Part shown: in pieces, positions 61,001 to 64,000 of the stretch
Numbering within the stretch: position 1 is the first letter of the stretch
How the letters are laid out: the number at the start of each line of letters is the position of its first letter
NCBI GenBank assembly: GCA_032718475.1
Contig: JAUCBJ010004655.1
Span: 1 to 64,000, forward strand
Source of the DNA: Nemertoderma westbladi
Taxonomy: Eukaryota > Animalia > Xenacoelomorpha
Length of the DNA: 64,000 nt
Direction: 5' to 3'
The notes under the pieces: generated by a model
Databases searched by the model: none
What the model saw: the letters and a program-made list of their open reading frames with translations, nothing else
What the model was told of the DNA's origin: nothing
Program-made: the position numbers and the translations under genes

Positions 61001-62368
61001 TAAATGTCATGAAAATCTTCATTAAATATGGGATACAATTATTCTTAGCTTTAAAAAAGCTTTAGTTCAATATAAATTATAGGTAGGGGTAAAGAAAGGT
61101 AGGCATAGGCATACATTAAGTTAATATCCGGACGGACATTGTGGCTAGGGATGGCCGAATGGGAGTAAGGAAATATTAGGAAATTTCCTTCTCATTTTCC
61201 AGAAATTTCCTATTTTAATAACTTATTATCTAAGACTTACTTTTAATATTAAATGTTCCAGAAAACCTCATAATTATTGCATAAAATAGTAATACAGTAA
61301 GATATAGCATGTACTACAGTACTTTAGGTAGACTGATCTACAGTAGGCCCAATGATCTATGTATTATTGTAAGTCATTCTGGTAATTAAATATTATTACG
61401 CATACACTTTTTATTACATTATTTTCACAGTTTTTCATTTCAAGTATACTTTTCCTGAAATTTCAGGAAAATTCTGGAAATTTCCTTGAGAAACGTATTT
61501 CCGGAAAACTCACATCGACTAATTGACAATTAATTATAGCAGGTGATAAACTCACTATTACTATTACCGGAATGCTGTATTATATACATTACCTATATAT
61601 TAAGAACGCTGTGCCGGCTTATCGACAAAATTTCGCCGCCACAACTCCCGATCACCCATGTCATTTGCGCTAGATCATCCTATATTCAAGGCCAGTGTCC
61701 TTTAAGATGCGTCTCAAGAAAGTCATGGGCTGTCCACCATTATTATTCATTCCATGAGGCCGCCAAAGCACAAGATTATACGCTGACTCTGACTGGTCCT
61801 CACGGCGAAAGGAATGTGCTTCAAAGCGGAGGCGGTTCCGTTCAAGTGTCAAGCTACAGGAGACTAATGAAACAACTCCAATTTTGTATAGAGTCTGTTT
61901 GGAGATGTATTCATTGTACTTGACACAGTGAACTCGGCGCAGCATTCTTGTGAAAGTGCCACCCAGAGATTTGGTATAGTCTGCAGTTAGAGCCCAGCAA
62001 TGACTCCCATATAAGAGTAGGCCTACTGGTACTATTACTGTCATAAATAATCGAATTTTGAAATTCATTTTTATTCAATGGGACTTCCTAATTCTGGACA
62101 GAATATTCAATGCTGCCCATGCCTTCCCCTAAGTATCCGAAAGTCATCGAGCTTCACCTGACTTCCGGATCCGTGATCCCAAGTAGCTGAAGTCATCCAC
62201 ATACTCAAGCAAGCCATCACTGGAGCGTATTCACTTACGATCAGAACTCACACTGACCTACAATACTAACTGTACTCACCACTCATAGCCTCTTTTAATA
62301 TTTAGGTTATCACAGGATGCGAGTGCGGCCCAACTCCGGATGCTGTCGAGAACTTAGATGACAAATAA
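6905..62368 (+). CDS. Multi-exon gene, 5' part upstream of window: secreted VWD-C8-TIL-EGF(n)-Kazal-TSP1-CTCK mosaic protein (mucin/FCGBP/zonadhesin-like N-part, fibrillin-like EGF array)
   Basis: 26 AG/GT-bounded exons. Exon lengths and phases chain correctly by manual translation except exon 24 (220 nt, one extra base). Stop TAA ends at 62368. No signal peptide is visible in the window; secretion is inferred from the domains. Confidence 0.9.
7545..7661 (+). CDS. Exon 2: VWD-C8 linker
   Basis: ttag|AAT..GAG|gttaga; NHQEFVAAWSLGDCDP...AAEHE, with the F..W motif typical after VWD. Confidence 0.85.
8170..8550 (+). repeat. About 100-bp imperfect tandem repeat, 4 copies
   Basis: Core GGCACACTGGGAAGAGCTATTCAGCTGGCGG recurs near 8201, 8292, 8403 and 8504. 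Confidence 0.9.
9319..9668. mobile_element. PIF/Harbinger (Tourist-like) MITE
   Basis: About 30-bp TIRs G(C/G)GGCCGTCCAAGTATGACGTC(A/T)GCACTTT; TTA duplicated at 9316-9318 and 9669-9671. Confidence 0.85.
10242..10449 (+). CDS. Exon 3: C8 domain
   Basis: ttag|TGC..G|gttagt; CLGIL..ECSS..SCFENMC..KCQYFEALVRLCQNAGVVMQGDWRQQTSC. Confidence 0.9.
10515..13920 (+). repeat. About 95-bp dimeric (41+54 bp) minisatellite related to the exon 3 end and donor
   Basis: Both subunits share ACTGG(G/A)GAC...TCTGGTTGTTG(T/G)TAGTATCAAATAA. Confidence 0.95.
14595..14788. repeat. (CCGGT)n pentanucleotide microsatellite
   Basis: About 37 perfect copies. Confidence 0.98.
15143..15342 (+). CDS. Exon 4: TIL domain
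   Basis: ttcag|AG..TCG|gtgagt; ECGENMEYEVCHLPCQSSC..CVEGCFCAAG..ECVDAQQCGC. Confidence 0.92.
15955..16573 (+). repeat. 68-bp minisatellite, about 9 copies
   Basis: AAATCATATTGATACAGTTTGGGGTAGGGCGGGTTGACCTCGGTGTCACTAATGAAATGAACAACTCG. Confidence 0.97.
17486..17648 (+). CDS. Exon 5: TILa/VWC-like module
   Basis: ctag|GTG..G|gttcgt; VGETVINADCSQKCSC..MECISVNCQDNSVCSNVDGIYGCQC. Confidence 0.88.
17686..18390 (+). repeat. 11-bp minisatellite (GCCGTCACTC[G/A])
   Basis: Direct reading; G variant dominates the 5' side, A variant is more frequent 3'. Confidence 0.97.
18467..19593 (+). repeat. 30-bp minisatellite (ATAGTAGATATAGT[A/G]GCTCACGGTAGTAGT), about 37 copies
   Basis: Direct reading. Confidence 0.98.
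19838..19896 (+). CDS. Exon 6: linker
   Basis: ttcag|AC..GAG|gtaagt; DGSNQCIKIVTEEDLCNERE; phases match both neighbours. Confidence 0.82.
19987..20143 (+). CDS. Exon 7: Ca-binding EGF
   Basis: GYRYEGTDCNQINECLEGIDECD..CVDEDPLYRCDCKEGF; ag/gtaagt. Confidence 0.9.
20379..20824. mobile_element. hAT-type MITE
   Basis: TIR CAGAGGC(T/G)TAGCGAG; perfect 8-bp TSD GGTACCAG at 20371-20378 and 20825-20832. Confidence 0.9.
21538..21762 (+). CDS. Exon 8: two cbEGF
   Basis: DVDECQLNRDECD..CVNEDGGYTCTC..NINECEEGGDDCD..CECDN; ag/gtaagt. Confidence 0.92.
22387..22542 (+). CDS. Exon 9: cbEGF
   Basis: GYSGNGVNCADVNECDIGDDNCHENANCNNNDGGFECVC; acag/gttagt. Confidence 0.9.
22618..24061 (+). mobile_element. 5'-truncated RTE-like non-LTR retrotransposon (RT domain, with in-frame stop)
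   Basis: NQNGFRKGR, FVDFFKAFDSV, GVLQGDTLAPFLF, LDFADD; (AGT)n tail; 11-bp TSD GTTGGATTGGA at 22607-22617 and 24062-24072. Confidence 0.93.
24213..24844 (+). mobile_element. Degenerate 3' fragment of the same RTE-like family
   Basis: Clear similarity to about 23410-24060 (HCFHREDQPVHNL..HGGQPMTFLRRILKDTGL); GTAGTAGTA tail. Confidence 0.9.
25087..25158 (+). tRNA. tRNA-Asp (GTC), intronic
   Basis: 72 nt; acceptor TCCTCGA/TCGGGGA, anticodon stem TGCGT/ATGCA with loop CTGTCAC, T-stem CCGGG/CCCGG; T-run terminator follows. Confidence 0.92.
25313..25498 (+). CDS. Exon 10: cbEGF
   Basis: TDCDPGY..CDDVDECAANADQCDAKADCSNNDGSYDCTCRSGYQGNGRDC; ttcag/gtaaga. Confidence 0.9.
25622..25744 (+). CDS. Exon 11: cbEGF
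   Basis: DVDECTRGLDNCHAKADCINNNGGFDCECKYGYQGDGQNCE; cag/gtaagt. Confidence 0.92.
26425..26613 (+). CDS. Exon 12: cbEGF modules
   Basis: INECDDGLDDCDEKADCLDTDGGFDCRC..DIDECATGVANCHKLALCSNSE; ctag/gttagc. Confidence 0.92.
27131..27341 (+). CDS. Exon 13: cbEGF modules
   Basis: GSYDCTCPEGYYG..DLNECLSVDC..DINECEGHSDDC; ttcag/gtgagt. Confidence 0.92.
27884..28167 (+). mobile_element. tRNA-derived SINE
   Basis: A-box TGGTGTAGTGG, B-box GGTTCGATAC, about 200-bp body, (TTTAC)n tail. Confidence 0.75.
28231..28439 (+). CDS. Exon 14: cbEGF modules
   Basis: PDAECANVDGSYSCTCNEGY..DIDECVERIHDC..GYQGNGENC; gcag/gttagt. Confidence 0.92.
28605..28721 (+). CDS. Exon 15: EGF; its 3' end seeds the 32/55-bp array
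   Basis: ESTCNPGDCNQAARCDLVNDEPQCVCLPGYTGDGNDCD; gcag/gtaagt. Confidence 0.92.
28701..36240 (+). repeat. Mixed 32/55-bp (and 30-bp) minisatellite built from the exon 15 end + GTAAGT donor; includes a 1802-bp higher-order duplication
   Basis: Unit GCAATGACTGTGATG|GTAAGTAAACGGCCCAC, optionally with GCAATGACTTACGGAAAGAGATG; identical ORFs at 29113 and 30915. Confidence 0.98.
36491..36841 (+). CDS. Exon 16: three EGF
   Basis: DVDECEELGDSACHARATC..DACATHSGCDANAHC..DINECLEEDCGDNAIC; ccag/gtaagt. Confidence 0.92.
37940..38080 (+). CDS. Exon 17: cbEGF
   Basis: GELCVDDDECSNGSNDCSPNAICSNLDGGGYTCNCKPGFEGNGRICE; ctag/gtaata. Confidence 0.92.
38375..38550 (+). CDS. Exon 18: cbEGF; its 3' end seeds the 88-bp and 33-bp arrays
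   Basis: DIDECSPSNGSPNSCGSLGPGGKCSNTAGSFVCECEPPLVLKDGSCSPPDGPNSVVPCE; acag/gttagt. Confidence 0.92.
38468..39482 (+). repeat. 88-bp tandem repeat (about 11 copies) = last 83 nt of exon 18 + GTTAG
   Basis: The first copy is the exon itself; 88-bp period visible in the ORF track (38533, 38621, 38709...). Confidence 0.98.
39486..50468 (+). repeat. 33-bp minisatellite (GAACACTGTGGTACCATGTGGATTTAGTTGGGT), over 300 copies, with a 3.7-3.9-kb higher-order duplication
   Basis: Direct reading; identical ORFs at 43198/46946 and 44207/48118. Confidence 0.98.
50530..50635 (+). CDS. Exon 19: EGF
   Basis: PEDECADDAECRLTGSGGRVCRCLSGFSGNGKSCT; phase 0 joins exon 18 (VPCE|PEDEC). Confidence 0.9.
50779..50904 (+). 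CDS. Exon 20: cbEGF
   Basis: INECLDGSARCDESNGNCIDTDGSYECECREGYTGSGFNCE; gcag/gtaagt. Confidence 0.92.
51180..51407 (+). CDS. Exon 21: follistatin-N + Kazal
   Basis: CRPGVCRHKQTC..CEC..EVCGSDGNTYPSN..YFGAC; tag/gtgagt. Confidence 0.9.
51667..51882 (+). CDS. Exon 22: follistatin-N + Kazal-like
   Basis: DECDGVTCRDGTSC..CVCDPC..LVCAQHHQFESECGLHIYNC..NPGPC; acag/gttagt. Confidence 0.88.
52134..52304 (+). CDS. Exon 23: thrombospondin type 1 repeat (5' boundary uncertain)
   Basis: CRYSAYTEWLPCSVTCGVGEEIRTR..GGTPC..ESRPCVQPVC; the acceptor ending 52133 was chosen on phase; donor gtaagt. Confidence 0.8.
53742..53961 (+). CDS. Exon 24: follistatin-N + Kazal with apparent +1 frameshift near 53839-53846
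   Basis: VCADEVCGVGEECVV..CECLSC in one frame, then PVCGTDGNNYPNQCHL..AC..GNC in the next frame; length 220 where 219 is needed. Confidence 0.85.
54727..57708. mobile_element. Probable non-autonomous DNA transposon with inverted subterminal repeats, interrupted by an RTE-like insertion
   Basis: Left motifs CGTCATTAGTTATAAT and CATCAGTAGTTCTAAT (54727-54810) are reverse complements of right motifs ATTGGAACTAATGACG and ATTAGAACAACTGACG (57530-57708); exact ends and TSD not resolved. Confidence 0.5.
54985..57436 (+). mobile_element. Degenerate RTE-like LINE: APE endonuclease, internally deleted RT, duplicated 3' end (5' boundary approximate)
   Basis: IATMNARTL, ICIQEHR, GGVGILL, CYSPT, AGDLNA, LDYILI, GSDH; KASGLDDIPAEVWK joined directly to post-RT WSWIES..KAW; stops and frameshifts; (TAG)n tail. 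Confidence 0.9.
57909..58126 (+). CDS. Exon 25: C-terminal cystine knot (CTCK-like)
   Basis: GCRTS..GVCRGGC..ECCLPSEVETVTVQLACPDGS; CxGxC and CC.P..V.L.CPDG pattern; ccag/gtaagt. Confidence 0.88.
59392..59693. mobile_element. About 300-bp AT-rich foldback (palindromic) element
   Basis: Arms of about 140 bp (..AATAAATAAACCCATGGTA..TTTCGATATATTACAAAATAATCA..CAGCCAA.. and its reverse complement) around a short loop near 59533-59541. Confidence 0.8.
60012..60920. mobile_element. Possible MITE bounded by GGACACTTCCCCCC / GGGGGAAGTGTCC inverted motifs
   Basis: GGACACTTCCCCCC near 60018; three GGGGGAAGTGTC copies at 60868-60915; no TSD identified. Confidence 0.45.
61554..62224 (-). mobile_element. 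Degenerate 3' fragment of the RTE-like family, antisense
   Basis: Minus-strand ORF LLYGSHCWALT..FTRMLRRVHCVKYN..GGQPMTFLRRILKDTGL; same 5' end as 24213-24844. Confidence 0.9.
62306..62368 (+). CDS. Terminal coding exon: end of cystine knot and stop
   Basis: tttag|VITGCECGPTPDAVENLDDK*; supplies the CxC that closes a CTCK; phase 0 matches exon 25. Confidence 0.85.
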   Translation, partial: VITGCECGPTPDAVENLDDK

Positions 62369-64000
62369 CTCGTAAAGGAACTTCAGTAGATAAAAAGGTC
62401 CTTTATGTGGTGATATCATGAAGTAAAGCTTATAATATTTTTGGTGATTTTAGACTGGAATTTGAACAATATTTCGAAACAAATACATTTGGAATGCGGG
62501 GTAAACAAAACATTATTTGTTTCTCTTTATTCATTAATTACATTCTGGTGATGGCAATAATTATGTATAATATTATAATATAGATGTGTAGTTAATGGTA
62601 AACTGAAACAATTTATTAATTACGTACAGTGTAATATAAAAAGGTGAAAAAAGTTTATATATAGCCATTCAATTACTTATAATTTATATTACTACAGTAA
62701 TTGCACACTCAGGTAAACTGTTCGCTCTACGATGCACGGAGCTATAGGCTATTTACAGAGTAATTCAATTGATTTTTGTCTTTTATTCCTGAAATTTGCG
62801 AATATTTACATATTTTATACACCCTGTTCTAGAACCGATGTGCGTGCACCGCACCTGCATTTATCAAACTGTACAGAACATCGGTGAATAATTTATACAT
62901 TGATTATGCTGACTCAAAAAGAGAAGGCATGACATGACATTCAATCTTTTTAGAGATCAATTTCAAGAATTACATACAAACAAAGAAATAAAATCTATAG
63001 ATGTAGGCGGCAGTAATGATGAGATCTCAGACAATAGCATGGCTAGTATAACCTGTATCATGAAAGGAAATTGGTGGGGGCGAGGGCATCTGTTCTTCAA
63101 CATTAGAGTGAAAACATGAATTATGGAACTGGAATTGAAAACATTAACTGTCTGTTTTCATCTAGACTAGGACCTACCAATACATTTCAAGTGTTTGCAT
63201 ATTGAGTTTGTGAACAGTTTGGTTACTGTAGGAAGTAAGACAAAGAAGCCCTACTGGAAAAGAGGATTCGAGTGTGTACCTAAATTTCTAAAAAAAAATT
63301 AGGAATTGGTGAGAACCAAGGTTCTGTCAACTTCAAATATGAGCGTGATGTTTGCAAATGCTGAGGTGCCACAAAGCAAGTCATCGGGGATCACGCCATT
63401 TTAAACAACGTTCAATCGAATCAGCAGCACCCTTGAAAACCTATATACCCAACAAATATCGTTTTAGTTCAAGTTTTAGTATTATTTATATATACTTTTA
63501 TTATTATTTAACATATTTTTCCCATGAATATTCTACGTCAACTGTACTTCACTCTGATCCACCCCTATTTATCCTATGGACTAATTTTATTGGGGGGAGT
63601 GCGTACACAAATCACTTTCTATCGTACCTCTTCATCTATTATACAATGATCAACTAGCCCTCTTCATGTATGACATAACAATTAACAGCTACTTTACCCG
63701 AACTTACAAAAAATTACTGTTTCCATAACTAATTCCATATACCGGTATTTATCTCAAAACGTCCTTTACTACAGTATATTCTTCACTCACTTTATCTTAT
63801 TGTATTCAAATTGAAAAATAATAAAAAATAAGTCTACATTACTACTCTCTGTTTCGCTAAATCCTAACATGTCTAACAGACTAGACGGAATCCAAAGGAA
63901 AAAATTTAAATTCTAAAATACTGTAATCTAAAATATCATTAGTAAATTTTACAACTCTGAAGTATTGTCTTTTTAAAAAAACAATTATAGAGACCAAACA

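Overview
Eukaryotic (AT-rich, invertebrate-like) genomic DNA, not prokaryotic. The window holds the 3' part of one + strand multi-exon gene. I read 26 exons (6905-62368, about 1500 codons) whose splice phases chain consistently, apart from one +1 frameshift in exon 24. It encodes a cysteine-rich extracellular mosaic: VWD-C8-TIL-(TILa-like)-about 20 EGF/cbEGF-2x follistatin/Kazal-TSP1-Kazal-C-terminal cystine knot. Roughly half the window is intronic tandem repeat. The main observation is that the largest arrays (10.5-13.9 kb, 28.7-36.2 kb, 38.5-50.5 kb, and probably 1-6.4 kb) are amplified copies of the adjacent exon's 3' end plus its own 5' splice donor. They have inflated introns whose unique remainder is about 76 and 284 bp to about 12 and 7.8 kb, and they create hundreds of decoy donors. 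Introns also contain an intact tRNA-Asp(GTC), a tRNA-derived SINE, four RTE-like LINE copies or fragments and several MITEs or foldback elements. The long ORFs in the supplied track over the arrays are repeat artefacts.
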